DNA from: Bacteroidota bacterium
GTDB taxonomy: Bacteria > Bacteroidota > Bacteroidia > Cytophagales > Microscillaceae
Length of the DNA stretch: 51,913 nucleotides
Assembly (NCBI GenBank): GCA_004292795.1
Contig: RDXI01000018.1
Coordinates: 1-51,913, forward strand
Direction of reading: 5' to 3'
Of the stretch, positions 29,015-39,284 are shown piece by piece. How positions within the stretch are numbered: the first letter of the stretch is position 1; each line of letters begins with the position of its first letter. The notes beneath the pieces were generated by a model. The model saw only the letters and a program-made list of their open reading frames with translations. It ran no database searches and had not been told where the DNA came from. The position numbers and the translations under genes were made by a program.

Positions 29015-29243
29015 AACATAACACCTTATACATGAAACACCTGTCTTTTATAATACCAAATGGACATCAAAAAGTGGGGTAAAATTAGGCTTTTTTTTTC
29101 AATTTTTCAAAGTTTTTTTTTTCAAAACCATTTTTTTAAAAAATAGATTGTAAGATTTGTTGTTAATACAATGTTATACTAATATTGCAAGTGTTAACGA
29201 TTGTGTTAGCAGAAATCCAATTTAACCAAAACATTCATTTCAA

Positions 29244-32200
29244 ATGAAACACAAGATACTTTACACGCTTTTAGCGTGGTGTGTGTCGCTTGGGCTTGCA
29301 TTTGCCCAAGGACGAGTTGTTTCAGGTACAGTGACAGACGCAAGCAACGGTGAGGGACTGCCGGGTGTTAGCGTTTACCTGAAAGGAACAACTACTGGGA
29401 TTGCCACTGACGCAGATGGTAAATTCCAACTAACAGTTCCTAATGCAAGTGGAGATATTCTTGTTATCTCTTTGCTTGGCTACAACGACCAAGAAATTAC
29501 GCTTGGCGCGGAAGCAGAAATAAAAGTAGCACTTGCTTCCAATGCAAGCCAATTAGGTGAGGTCGTAGTAACTGCACTTGGTATTGAGAAGGAGAAGAAA
29601 GGTTTGGGTATAGCTGTTACAGAGCTGAAAGCGGCTGATATCCAGAATACACGCTCTACTAACTTGGTTAATAGCCTTTCAGCGCGTGTGGCTGGTGTAC
29701 GTGTGCAAGGCTCTAATGGTATGGTGGGTTCATCTTCTGCTATATTCATTCGCGGTTTTACAACTTTTACGGGTAGCAACCAACCACTATTCGTAATAGA
29801 TGGTATTCCAATCGATAACTCTGGTGGCGGTAATGAACTTCAAACGGGTGTATCTAACTCAAATCGTGGGCTTGACATCAATCCTGATGACATCGAGAGT
29901 ATGTCTATCTTGAAAGGACCTGCCGCGGCTGTTTTGTATGGTTCAAGAGCTGCTGCTGGTGCTATCATGATAACCACCAAAAAAGGAAAAGCAGGTAAAA
30001 TGAAAGTTGATTTATCCACATCTTACCAAGTATCTAATGTGAATAGATTTCCTGATTACCAAAACAGTTATGGACAAGGATCTGGTGGACTTACTAATAC
30101 CTCGCCTACTGTTGCTGCTATCTCACCCTTTTCTTGGGGACCTGCTTTTGGTACAGTTTCCACATTCCCTAATTATTTGGCAGTGCGCCAAAACCCCAAC
30201 GACCCCACAAGTCCTTTGATACCCAATGAGACTTATCAGGCATATCCAAATAACGTGAGGGATTTGTTCAATCAGGGTAACAACTTACAAAACTCTCTTA
30301 CAATTTCGGGTGGAAATGAAAAGAACAGCTTCAATGCGTCCTATTCAAATACACGTGAGAATGGTATCATCAAAAATAACTTCTTGAATCGTAATACATT
30401 TCGCATCACAGGGACTTCACAACTTACCAATAAGTTCTCTGCAGGGTTGAGCTTGAATTACATCAATACATACTCAACTCGTACACAACAAGGCAATCAA
30501 CTTTCAAACCCATTTTTCCGTAGTTGGTTTTTACCACGCAGTGTGAATGCGGCTAATTATCCTTTGAATAACCCTAATGGTACGCCCAACTCTTGGTTTG
30601 ATGGTGCAGATAATCCTTTGTGGACTATTGAAAATAACAAATACCAAGATGAGGTAAACCGTGTATTGGGTAATATCAATTTAGCGTATGACTTCACTGA
30701 TTGGCTTACGCTTACCTACAAGTTAGGTACTGATTATACTAACTTCACAGCCAACACATATGATGCGCCAGGAGCACGCGGTGCGGCTAACCACAACGTC
30801 AATGGCGCAGGTGCTATTGGCAAGCGTGTTAATCAAACTATGTTGATAAGCTCATTCTTGAACCTCACAGCAAAGAAAAAAATTAATGATGATTTTAACC
30901 TTTATGTGTTGTTGGGACAAGAGTTGAATGAAATCCGCAATGTAAATCGCTTTGCTTTGGGTTCAGGTGTAGGTGTTACTGGTTTCGAGAATATTTCAAA
31001 TGCCACCACTTACAACGCTACCAATGCTGAAGCCTTGACACGTTTGATGGGTGTATATTTGAATGCACAGTTAACTTTCCGTAATTTCTTATTTTTAGAT
31101 GTTTCAGGTCGTAATGATAGGTCTTCTACCTTCACTAAAGGTAACAATTCTTATTTTTATCCTTCAGCTTCATTGAGTTTTGTGGTAACTGATGCGATTA
31201 GTGCTTTGAAAGACAATCCTATTCTTTCTTTTGCAAAAATTCGTACAAATCTTGCACGTGTTGGTCGTGTAGCACCTGCCTATAGCACAAATACTTATTT
31301 TTATAGCACAGGTACTACTGTTAGTGATGGTTTTGGTCCCACTATCCAATTCCCTTTCAATAATTTACCAGGCTTTACTTATGACAATACATTAGGTATT
31401 CCTGACTTACAGCCAGAGTTTACAGTTACACGCGAGATTGGTACAGAGCTTAAATTCTTGAAAAACCGAATCTCTGTTGATTTAGGGTATTTCAGCACCA
31501 AAAGTAGCAATATCATCTTGGCTGTTCCTATTGCTTCTGCATCAGGCTTTAACAGTGTAGTTAGAAATGCAGGTGTTTTGCAAACGAATGGTATAGAGCT
31601 ATTGTTATCAGGTACTCCTATCAAAAAGGAAAACTTCCAATGGGATGTTAGTTTGAACTGGACTCGTATCCGTAACAATGTAAAAGAATTAGCTCCAGGT
31701 GTTACAGTGATTGGATTGGGTGGTTTTACTACGCCTCAAACACGTTTGGAAGCTAATGCGCCTTATGGTGTGATTTATGGTTCGGCATTTGTTCGCCACA
31801 CTGATGGTCGTATGTTGATAGGCACCAATGGTTTACCAAGCCTTCAACCTACTATCCAAAAAATAGGAGACCCCAATCCTGACTGGACAGCTGGTTTGAC
31901 TAATACGCTTACCTACAAAGGGTTCTCATTTAGCTTCTTGCTTGATTTCCGCAAAGGCGGTGATATTTTCTCTCGCAATATTGGCGATTTACGCCGTACA
32001 GGTGCTGTGGTAGAAACTGGTGATAGAGAGCGTACTTATATCGTGCCTGGTGTAAAAACAAATGCGCTTGGACAAGTAGTTACTGATGCTAGTGGCAATG
32101 CTGCATCTAATGACATACAAATCACTGCAGAACAATATTGGGGTGGAATGTTTGGATTTGGTATAGGTGAGTCATATATATTTGATGGAAGTTGGGTACG

Positions 32201-32432
32201 TCTTCGTGAAGCTTCATTGACATACAGCTTACCCAAGTCACTCATCTCACGCGCTAAATTGAGCAATGTAGAAATAGGTGTTTCTGGTCGCAATTTGTTG
32301 CTTTGGGCTCCCAATGCACCACACATTGACCCTGAAGTGAATGCACAAGGTGCAAGTAATTCACAAGGCTTAGAGTTCAATGCTTTGCCTCAAACACGCA
32401 ATATGGGTTTTGTATTGCGTATTTCTTACTAA
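29244..32432 (+). CDS. SusC/RagA-family TonB-dependent outer-membrane receptor
   Basis: Signal peptide. Carboxypeptidase-regulatory-like domain (GRVVSGTVTDASNGEGLPGVSVYLKG). TonB box and plug. Ends in a C-terminal aromatic residue. Length 1062 aa. Confidence 0.9.
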   Translation: MKHKILYTLLAWCVSLGLAFAQGRVVSGTVTDASNGEGLPGVSVYLKGTTTGIATDADGKFQLTVPNASGDILVISLLGYNDQEITLGAEAEIKVALASNASQLGEVVVTALGIEKEKKGLGIAVTELKAADIQNTRSTNLVNSLSARVAGVRVQGSNGMVGSSSAIFIRGFTTFTGSNQPLFVIDGIPIDNSGGGNELQTGVSNSNRGLDINPDDIESMSILKGPAAAVLYGSRAAAGAIMITTKKGKAGKMKVDLSTSYQVSNVNRFPDYQNSYGQGSGGLTNTSPTVAAISPFSWGPAFGTVSTFPNYLAVRQNPNDPTSPLIPNETYQAYPNNVRDLFNQGNNLQNSLTISGGNEKNSFNASYSNTRENGIIKNNFLNRNTFRITGTSQLTNKFSAGLSLNYINTYSTRTQQGNQLSNPFFRSWFLPRSVNAANYPLNNPNGTPNSWFDGADNPLWTIENNKYQDEVNRVLGNINLAYDFTDWLTLTYKLGTDYTNFTANTYDAPGARGAANHNVNGAGAIGKRVNQTMLISSFLNLTAKKKINDDFNLYVLLGQELNEIRNVNRFALGSGVGVTGFENISNATTYNATNAEALTRLMGVYLNAQLTFRNFLFLDVSGRNDRSSTFTKGNNSYFYPSASLSFVVTDAISALKDNPILSFAKIRTNLARVGRVAPAYSTNTYFYSTGTTVSDGFGPTIQFPFNNLPGFTYDNTLGIPDLQPEFTVTREIGTELKFLKNRISVDLGYFSTKSSNIILAVPIASASGFNSVVRNAGVLQTNGIELLLSGTPIKKENFQWDVSLNWTRIRNNVKELAPGVTVIGLGGFTTPQTRLEANAPYGVIYGSAFVRHTDGRMLIGTNGLPSLQPTIQKIGDPNPDWTAGLTNTLTYKGFSFSFLLDFRKGGDIFSRNIGDLRRTGAVVETGDRERTYIVPGVKTNALGQVVTDASGNAASNDIQITAEQYWGGMFGFGIGESYIFDGSWVRLREASLTYSLPKSLISRAKLSNVEIGVSGRNLLLWAPNAPHIDPEVNAQGASNSQGLEFNALPQTRNMGFVLRISY

Positions 32433-32460
32433 TCCATTCCCCAAAAAATTGACAAGTAAT

Positions 32461-33918
32461 ATGAAAATTCGTAATATTGTATCGTATATATTTCTGACAA
32501 GCCTTTTATTTGTAAGCACAAGTTGCAACAAATGGCTCGACATTAATGACGACCCAACAGGCACGCTAAACCCTACCTTGCCTACACTTATGACAAGTGC
32601 AGGTGTGCGTTTAGGCTTTACAATGGGTAGTGATATTAGCCGTTATTCGCTTATCCTTTCGCAACAATTTGCTGGACAAGGGGCGGCAGGTACACAAAAT
32701 AAAGATTACATGGGGTATCTTATACAACCCACAGATGTAAACAACGTGTTTAGGACTGCCTTTTTTGCAGGTATATTGAATGATTTGGAAGCTATCATTG
32801 CATTGGCAAAGACTTCTAACCCCCGTTATGCTGGTATAGCCAAAGTAATGAAAGCACATACTTTCCAAGTGATGGTAGATGCTTGGGGTGATTTGCCTTA
32901 CAGCGAAGCATTCAAGGGTATTGAAAATACACAACCTAAATATGATGATGATGCGGCTATATATACAGCTATCAATACATTGCTCGATGAAGCTATTGCT
33001 GACTTGCGAGTTTCTACTACTGTAAGTGGACCGGGTGCAGATGATGTGGTATATACAGGCAACATTGATAGGTGGATACGTTTGGCGCATACTTTGCAGT
33101 TGCGCATTGCATTGCGTTATGCAGACAAGGTGGCAAAAATTGATGCTCTTTTGGCAAAAACTAATGCTGTTTTTATGCGTGATAATAATGATGCGTACCA
33201 AGTTCGCTTTGGAGCTACAGCAGGCAATGAGAATCCTATTCATCAATTTGAAATACGTCGCCTTGACCAATATTTCCCCAGCACAACGTTGGTAAATATA
33301 ATGAACACTAAAAACGACCCTCGTCGTCGTTGGTTCTTCACACCTAATGCAACAGGTGCATTTGTGGGCGCACCCAATGATAGAAACTCTGCTCAATCAA
33401 CTGCTTTTTCAAGATTGCACGTGTATTTGCGCGGTGATAGCACAGGCACTACTACTACTGCGGCGCGTGGTAGAGTAGATAGTTATACAGGTGCGGGGGC
33501 TATTCGTATGATGACTTATCCTGAGTATTGCTTCATCAGAGCGGAATATGAGTTTGCAAAAGGTTCTACTCCCAATGCGCAAACATGGTATCAAACAGGT
33601 ATTATCGCTTCTTTGCGCTCTGTAGGTGCTTCCGAAACAAGTATCATTACCTATCTTGGGGCGAATGGTACACTCAATAGCGGAACAGAATTACGTCAAA
33701 TCATAGAGGAAAAATATGTAGCAGCTTATGGTGTTGCTATGGAGCCTTGGACAGATTGGAGACGCACAGGGTTTCCTGTACTTACCCCTGCCGCCAACAA
33801 TGTTACCAATAACATTATCCCTCGTGTATTGCCCTATTCACAACAAGAAACAGATTCTAATCCTAACACACCAGCACGTCCTAACATTACTACCAAAACA
33901 GTTTTTTGGGATTTGTAG
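32461..33918 (+). CDS. SusD/RagB-family outer-membrane lipoprotein
   Basis: Start at MKIRNIV with lipobox STSC. Lies immediately downstream of the SusC gene. TPR-like helical content. The ORF-track extension to 32380 overlaps SusC. Confidence 0.85.
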   Translation: MKIRNIVSYIFLTSLLFVSTSCNKWLDINDDPTGTLNPTLPTLMTSAGVRLGFTMGSDISRYSLILSQQFAGQGAAGTQNKDYMGYLIQPTDVNNVFRTAFFAGILNDLEAIIALAKTSNPRYAGIAKVMKAHTFQVMVDAWGDLPYSEAFKGIENTQPKYDDDAAIYTAINTLLDEAIADLRVSTTVSGPGADDVVYTGNIDRWIRLAHTLQLRIALRYADKVAKIDALLAKTNAVFMRDNNDAYQVRFGATAGNENPIHQFEIRRLDQYFPSTTLVNIMNTKNDPRRRWFFTPNATGAFVGAPNDRNSAQSTAFSRLHVYLRGDSTGTTTTAARGRVDSYTGAGAIRMMTYPEYCFIRAEYEFAKGSTPNAQTWYQTGIIASLRSVGASETSIITYLGANGTLNSGTELRQIIEEKYVAAYGVAMEPWTDWRRTGFPVLTPAANNVTNNIIPRVLPYSQQETDSNPNTPARPNITTKTVFWDL

Positions 33919-33956
33919 TAGTTCTATGGTTTCATCAAAAATATTAGAAATTCAAC

Positions 33957-35240
33957 ATGAAAAAAATCAATATGTATAAAACTTCTCTTGGTGGATTGTG
34001 CATAGGGCTGATGCTGAGTATGAGTGCTTGCTCAGTGTTCGAAAATCCTAATCCATTTGATGAGAATGAAGTGCCAAATGCTTCGATGTCCTTTAATGGA
34101 ACGAATTACAATGTTACGAGCATGAGTGCGGCTGAAACAGATGAAGTTACTATCACTGTAAACCTCTCAAGCCCTGACGTTTCACAAGTGCGTGTGGATA
34201 GTCGTTTTCGTGATGGGGTAGGCGGCGTAATACGTTCAAAAACACTCGCTACGCTTACACCTGTAGGACAAGTAGCTACTTTTAAAATGAAAGTACGCGA
34301 AATGGGTACTGATGCAACGCCAATACCCGCTGGAGTGGCAGGTACAAATTCTATACCTTTAGAATTCGTGGCTATTGGAGGCGGTACATCTTCAACACGT
34401 AGATTTACAGTAACTGTAACACGCCCATTCGCGCTTCTTGCCACACGTGTTGCACCAAGTGCTTTGACACCTGCCCCAAACCAAGCGCGCAATCCAGCCT
34501 CTGCAAGCCCTAACCAACTTATTTATTTAGGATACTCTTCTTCTGGAGCTTTATCGAGGCTTACTAAAGTAGATATATTCAGAAGAGTTGGATTTACAGG
34601 TGTAGAAGAGGTTGCTCCAATCGCTTCAAAGACTTATCCAGGCACGAGTGCCGCTGTAAATGACTCATTGGTTTATACCATTCCCAGTACAGATGCTATT
34701 GGTAGCACTATTTTCTTACGTTATGTAGCTACGTTTGCAAATAATGAAACGATAGTGCTTAATGCCGCTTCTGCAACAGGTACGCCACGTATTGCGGTGG
34801 TGGGAAATGCGCTACAAGACTCAAGAACAGGTTTACAAATGCTTTCAAGCGTGAGCACTGGTATATCTGGAAACAATACCTCTTACAATTTTGCTACTGT
34901 TTCATTCAATGGCTCAGGGACAGACGAAACTGTAAAAGATATGGTTTTTATAGGTAATGGGTTTAGAAGTGGTACAGGCAACGGCACAACTTTCGTACCT
35001 GTTGCTTCTAATTTTAACATTGCAGGTGCAACTTTCCAAACGGTTGAAACTGCTTACAATGCAGGAACACCTCTTACTTCTGTTACTTCTGAATTAGCAA
35101 CAAATAATGTGTTTGTTTGTAGAATTAGAAATAGAACAGGTTTAGACCAATATGGTGTAATTCGTATTGTAAGTTTTGCTCCTAACACGAACCCGGCTTT
35201 AGCAATACTTACCTTCGACTTCCGCAGTCTAAGACCATAA
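33957..35240 (+). CDS. Hypothetical surface lipoprotein in the SusC/D locus, in a SusE/F-like position
   Basis: Signal peptide and lipobox (LSMSACS). Thr/Ser/Gly/Asn-rich composition predicted to be beta-rich. Confidence 0.5.
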   Translation: MKKINMYKTSLGGLCIGLMLSMSACSVFENPNPFDENEVPNASMSFNGTNYNVTSMSAAETDEVTITVNLSSPDVSQVRVDSRFRDGVGGVIRSKTLATLTPVGQVATFKMKVREMGTDATPIPAGVAGTNSIPLEFVAIGGGTSSTRRFTVTVTRPFALLATRVAPSALTPAPNQARNPASASPNQLIYLGYSSSGALSRLTKVDIFRRVGFTGVEEVAPIASKTYPGTSAAVNDSLVYTIPSTDAIGSTIFLRYVATFANNETIVLNAASATGTPRIAVVGNALQDSRTGLQMLSSVSTGISGNNTSYNFATVSFNGSGTDETVKDMVFIGNGFRSGTGNGTTFVPVASNFNIAGATFQTVETAYNAGTPLTSVTSELATNNVFVCRIRNRTGLDQYGVIRIVSFAPNTNPALAILTFDFRSLRP

Positions 35241-35266
35241 GAATTGTTGATTGTCTGTGAAATGAT

Positions 35267-35301
35267 AAAACACCTATCTACCACAAGTGGATAGGTGTTT
35301 T
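35267..35301 (+). terminator. Terminator after the SusC/D/lipoprotein operon
   Basis: aaaacacctatc-taccacaagtgg-ataggtgtttt. Confidence 0.65.
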
Positions 35302-35354
35302 GCTGTTATAACAGATAATCCACTATCTTTGCTTACAAAACTTACCTACTTTGT

Positions 35355-38057
35355 ATGGCTACTTATTATCAAAACTCGCCTAAAGAACTTTTGCAAAGCC
35401 TCGCCTCCCATGCCGAAAAGGGCATCACACAACAAGAGGCAGGCAAGCGTTTACAAGAAAATGGACACAATCGCATCAAAACAACCAACAAACGAAGCGC
35501 GTTCAGTATGTTTTTGGAGCAATTCAAAAATATGTTGGTCTTGCTTTTGATGGGCGCGGCGGGCTTGGCTGTCGTGTTAGGTTCGTATCAAGATGCCGTT
35601 ATCTTGATGTTGGTCGTGTTGTTCAATGCCACTGTAGGCTTTTATCAAGATTGGAAAAGCGAAAATATTTTAGCTTCTTTGAAGGATTTGATAATCCAAA
35701 ATTGCCTCGTCATACGCGAAGGCGAGCGCAGAGAAGTCCCATCTGATGAGTTGGTAGTGGGCGATATCGTGTATCTGAACGAAGGTGATGGCGTGCCTGC
35801 CGACATTCGCCTGCTTGCCTCCACTGCCTTCCAAACCAATGATTTTATCCTCACAGGCGAGTCGCAACCTGCCGAAAAAAGCCATACGGACATAGTAGGC
35901 AAGGAAACCGCGCCCCTAAGCGACCAAACAAATTGCGCCTTCATGGGTACAAGCGTTGCCAAAGGCGAGGCGGTGGGCGTGGTATTCGCTACAGGTATGC
36001 AAACACAAATAGGCAAGATTGCGCAAAGTTCTGACGAAATAGATGCTTCGAAAACACCGCTACAGCGTGAGATTGACAAAGTAGCCGAGAAAATCACATA
36101 CGTCACGATTGTATTGGCTCTTTTGCTCTTCGCGGGGCGTTGGATAAGTGGCGAGTCCTTGCGTGGGGCGTTGTTGTTTGCTATTGGTGTCGCGGCGGCT
36201 ATGGTGCCAGAAGGCTTGCCTGCCCAAATTTCGGTTTCGCTTGCGTTGGGTGTAGGGCGGTTGGCTCGCAAAAAAGCTGTAGTTAAAAAAATGTCTGCCG
36301 TAGAAGCTCTTGGCTCGGCTACCGTCATAGCTTCCGATAAAACAGGCACGCTTACCAAAAACGAAATGAGCATCATTCACACACATTTCAACGGAAAAGA
36401 TTTTACCATCACAGGCACAGGCTACGAACCCAAAGGCGAAATATTAAACATTGATGGCGAAAGAGTAACAAAAGATAACTTAGACCACGAAAAAGTATTT
36501 TTTCTGGCAGGTTTCCTCGCCTCCACAGGCAAGGTCAATGCTCCTGACCAATATCACCCGCATTGGTACGCAGTGGGCGACCCGACAGAGTGCGCCTTTG
36601 GCACACTTGCGTTGAAAGCAGGCTATGACTTACAAGAAACCGAACTTGCCTACCCGCGCCTACAGTTATTCCCGTTTGACTCCTTCCGAAAGCGTGTTAC
36701 CATTATCCGCGAACACAAGGGCAAAACGATTGCCTTTATAAAAGGCTCTATAGAATCTTTGTTAGAAATCTCGAACAAGGTTATCGCACATGGGCAGGCA
36801 AGGGACTTTTACCCCGAAGAAAAAGAGCAATTATTGAACGAAGCAAAAGCATTTGCCTCGCAAGCCAAACGCATTATTGCCATTGGCTACAAGGATTTGG
36901 CAAAAGAGGACGCAGTAGGCAAGCAAGAAGACGTAGAGCAAAACATTACTTTTGCAGGCTTTGCCACGATGATAGACCCGCCCCACGAAGAAGTGCATGA
37001 GGCTATTCAATCGGCTTACAAGGCAGGGCTGAAAGTGATTATGATAACAGGCGACAACGAAATCACAGCACGCGCAGTAGGCGAGTTGGTGGGTATGCAG
37101 GTAGGCGAGGTTATCAACGAAACAAAGCTCAAGGCTATGACTGATGCCGAACTGAAAACGCATTTCAATCAAGCCTCTGTTATCTTTTCCCGCGTTTCAC
37201 CTACTGAAAAACTAAGGATAGTATCACTTTTGAAAGAAACAGGTGAGATAGTAGCCGTAACGGGTGATGGCGTAAATGATGTATTGAGTTTGAAAAAGGC
37301 AGATATAGGCGTGTCGATGGGGCGTGTAGGGAGCAAGGTGGCGCAAGAAGCCTCTAATATGGTCTTACTGAACGATAATTTTGCCGTAATCGTGGAGGCT
37401 ATCCGCGAAGGGCGCACCATTTACAACAACTTGAAAAAAATGGTATTGGCAAACTTATCAGGCAATTTAGCGGAATTGTTGTGTGTGTTGATAGGCTTTT
37501 TCGGAGCATTTTATGGCTATCCATTGGTTATCATTCCCATTCACATTTTATTGATTGACTTGATAGCCAATATGTTACCGCTTTTGATGCTTTCTTTTGA
37601 TAAACCTGAAAACAACATCATGCAACAACCGCCCCGCAAACAAGGCGAAATGCTTGATGCGCAAAGTTTGTCTTATGTGCTGTATTCGGGCTTTTTTCGT
37701 GGGGCAATGGCATTTTTGGCGTGCTATCTTGCCTACCATGCGCACACAGGCGAGGCGCGACAAGGCGCAATCTCGGCTACTGCTACAATGGCTTCTATAG
37801 TCATTTGTCAATTTGTGGGCATACTTTCCAGCAGAACCACGCGAAGCATTTTTACGGCTTATTTCTTCAGCAATACCAATTTGTTCATAGGTTTTGGGTT
37901 GTCGTTGGCGTTTTTGTTGTTCATTATTTACTTGCCTGCTATGAATGGCTACCTGACCACAAGCCCGCTCAATGCGCAAGATTGGGGTTTTGTGTTGGGT
38001 GGGGCGGTGTTGTATTTGGTATTTTTGGAAGTAATGAAAAAGGTAACACGCAAGTAG
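35355..38057 (+). CDS. P-type ATPase, cation-transporting (P2-type, Ca2+/Mg2+-like)
   Basis: Phosphorylation site DKTGTLT. Hinge TGDGVNDVLSLKKADIGVSMG. Ten predicted transmembrane segments. Length 900 aa. Confidence 0.9.
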   Translation: MATYYQNSPKELLQSLASHAEKGITQQEAGKRLQENGHNRIKTTNKRSAFSMFLEQFKNMLVLLLMGAAGLAVVLGSYQDAVILMLVVLFNATVGFYQDWKSENILASLKDLIIQNCLVIREGERREVPSDELVVGDIVYLNEGDGVPADIRLLASTAFQTNDFILTGESQPAEKSHTDIVGKETAPLSDQTNCAFMGTSVAKGEAVGVVFATGMQTQIGKIAQSSDEIDASKTPLQREIDKVAEKITYVTIVLALLLFAGRWISGESLRGALLFAIGVAAAMVPEGLPAQISVSLALGVGRLARKKAVVKKMSAVEALGSATVIASDKTGTLTKNEMSIIHTHFNGKDFTITGTGYEPKGEILNIDGERVTKDNLDHEKVFFLAGFLASTGKVNAPDQYHPHWYAVGDPTECAFGTLALKAGYDLQETELAYPRLQLFPFDSFRKRVTIIREHKGKTIAFIKGSIESLLEISNKVIAHGQARDFYPEEKEQLLNEAKAFASQAKRIIAIGYKDLAKEDAVGKQEDVEQNITFAGFATMIDPPHEEVHEAIQSAYKAGLKVIMITGDNEITARAVGELVGMQVGEVINETKLKAMTDAELKTHFNQASVIFSRVSPTEKLRIVSLLKETGEIVAVTGDGVNDVLSLKKADIGVSMGRVGSKVAQEASNMVLLNDNFAVIVEAIREGRTIYNNLKKMVLANLSGNLAELLCVLIGFFGAFYGYPLVIIPIHILLIDLIANMLPLLMLSFDKPENNIMQQPPRKQGEMLDAQSLSYVLYSGFFRGAMAFLACYLAYHAHTGEARQGAISATATMASIVICQFVGILSSRTTRSIFTAYFFSNTNLFIGFGLSLAFLLFIIYLPAMNGYLTTSPLNAQDWGFVLGGAVLYLVFLEVMKKVTRK

Positions 38058-38071
38058 TTATCGAACATAAA

Positions 38072-38107
38072 AGCAGGCAAGATGCGAGTCTTGCCTGCTT
38101 TGTTTTT
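38072..38107 (+). terminator. Terminator of the GCAGGCAAGA...TCTTGCCTGC stem family
   Basis: agcaggcaaga-tgcgag-tcttgcctgct followed by ttgttttt. Confidence 0.7.
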
Positions 38108-38144
38108 GGGTTGGTAGGCACAAGCGAGAAGGCTTGCGAACAAA

Positions 38145-38699
38145 TTACTTTATGTGAGCAAAATGTTCTCTTGCGTACACAAACCGTTTATCTGGTGGAA
38201 ATAATGAAGTTTCCACAACAGGTCCCGTAACGTGATTGCATACCAACCTTGCATCTGCAGGTTGGGCTTCCCAACACAATGGATTAACATTTTCTCCGAA
38301 AACTGTACGCAATACCTCCAATGTGTAATCATATAGAGTAGCCATAATCCTTACATCTTCAGGTTTGTCATGATCTAATGGTTCATGGTGCATATAATAG
38401 CCCATGACCTCAGAACAAAATTTCTTATAACGTGGTGTATCGAGAATGTGAGCGTGCCAATAAGGATCAACAACATCTGATATTGCATGCATATTTGCAG
38501 AATTTATAGCACCTATAGCATAATACTGTTTCAAAGCGTAAACAGCATCTTCAGCAGGTATAGGTATTAGTCCTTTAGACCTCAGTTCTTTTTCTGCAAA
38601 TTTTACCACAAATGAATAATCTTCTGCATCTATCCCTTTAAGTATAGCCCATTGTTTGTCGCTCAAATCAACTTCTACGGTGTTTGATACCTTCTTCAT
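38145..38699 (-). CDS. Hypothetical protein (184 aa), AT-rich
   Basis: ORF with compositional shift. No motifs recognised. Confidence 0.4.
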   Translation of the reverse strand: MKKVSNTVEVDLSDKQWAILKGIDAEDYSFVVKFAEKELRSKGLIPIPAEDAVYALKQYYAIGAINSANMHAISDVVDPYWHAHILDTPRYKKFCSEVMGYYMHHEPLDHDKPEDVRIMATLYDYTLEVLRTVFGENVNPLCWEAQPADARLVCNHVTGPVVETSLFPPDKRFVYAREHFAHIK

Positions 38700-38875
38700 T
38701 GCATAATTGAAATGTGAATTTTACCTACTCTCTTGCACGCTTTTCGGTTTCCGCGTTCATTTGATACAAAAATATAAGGCTTTTTTGATAAAAACAAAAA
38801 ATAATACATAAAATATTTGTGTTTTATAACACAATTTCAATACATTTGCATCTTAAAACAATACATTTTACTCTT

Positions 38876-39271
38876 ATGAATGAGAAAACATTACAGGTAG
38901 GTGCTAAAATCAAAAAAATGCGTGATTTGCGCGGTCTTACCCAAACAGAAATGGCTGAAAAGTTAAACCTATCTCTCAATGCTTATGGCAAGGTTGAACG
39001 CGAAGAAACGGAACTTTCGCTAAGTCGGTTGCAAGAAATTGCTAATATATTGCAAATCACTATGCATGACTTGTTGGATTTTGATGACAAAAAGCTAAAT
39101 TTTACTCAAAACCACAATTACCATGACACCTCAAGTTCTACAAATATCGCCTATCAAGAAACAAAAAGCGATTTTGAAAACGAGCGCAAGCAATATGAAG
39201 CCCGCATTACAGACCTCAAACAAGAAAATGAACGCCTACACGCGCTCCTCGAAAAAAGCCTAACTAAATAA
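38876..39271 (+). CDS. XRE-family helix-turn-helix transcriptional regulator with a coiled-coil C-terminus
   Basis: HTH_3-like LRGLTQTEMAEKLNLSLNAYGKVEREE. Start set at MNEKT. Confidence 0.7.
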   Translation: MNEKTLQVGAKIKKMRDLRGLTQTEMAEKLNLSLNAYGKVEREETELSLSRLQEIANILQITMHDLLDFDDKKLNFTQNHNYHDTSSSTNIAYQETKSDFENERKQYEARITDLKQENERLHALLEKSLTK

Positions 39272-39284
39272 ACCTCTAAAAACT

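Noticed and set aside
32380-32460. N-terminal extension of the SusD ORF
   Set aside because: It overlaps the end of the SusC CDS. The lipoprotein signal begins at the Met at 32461.
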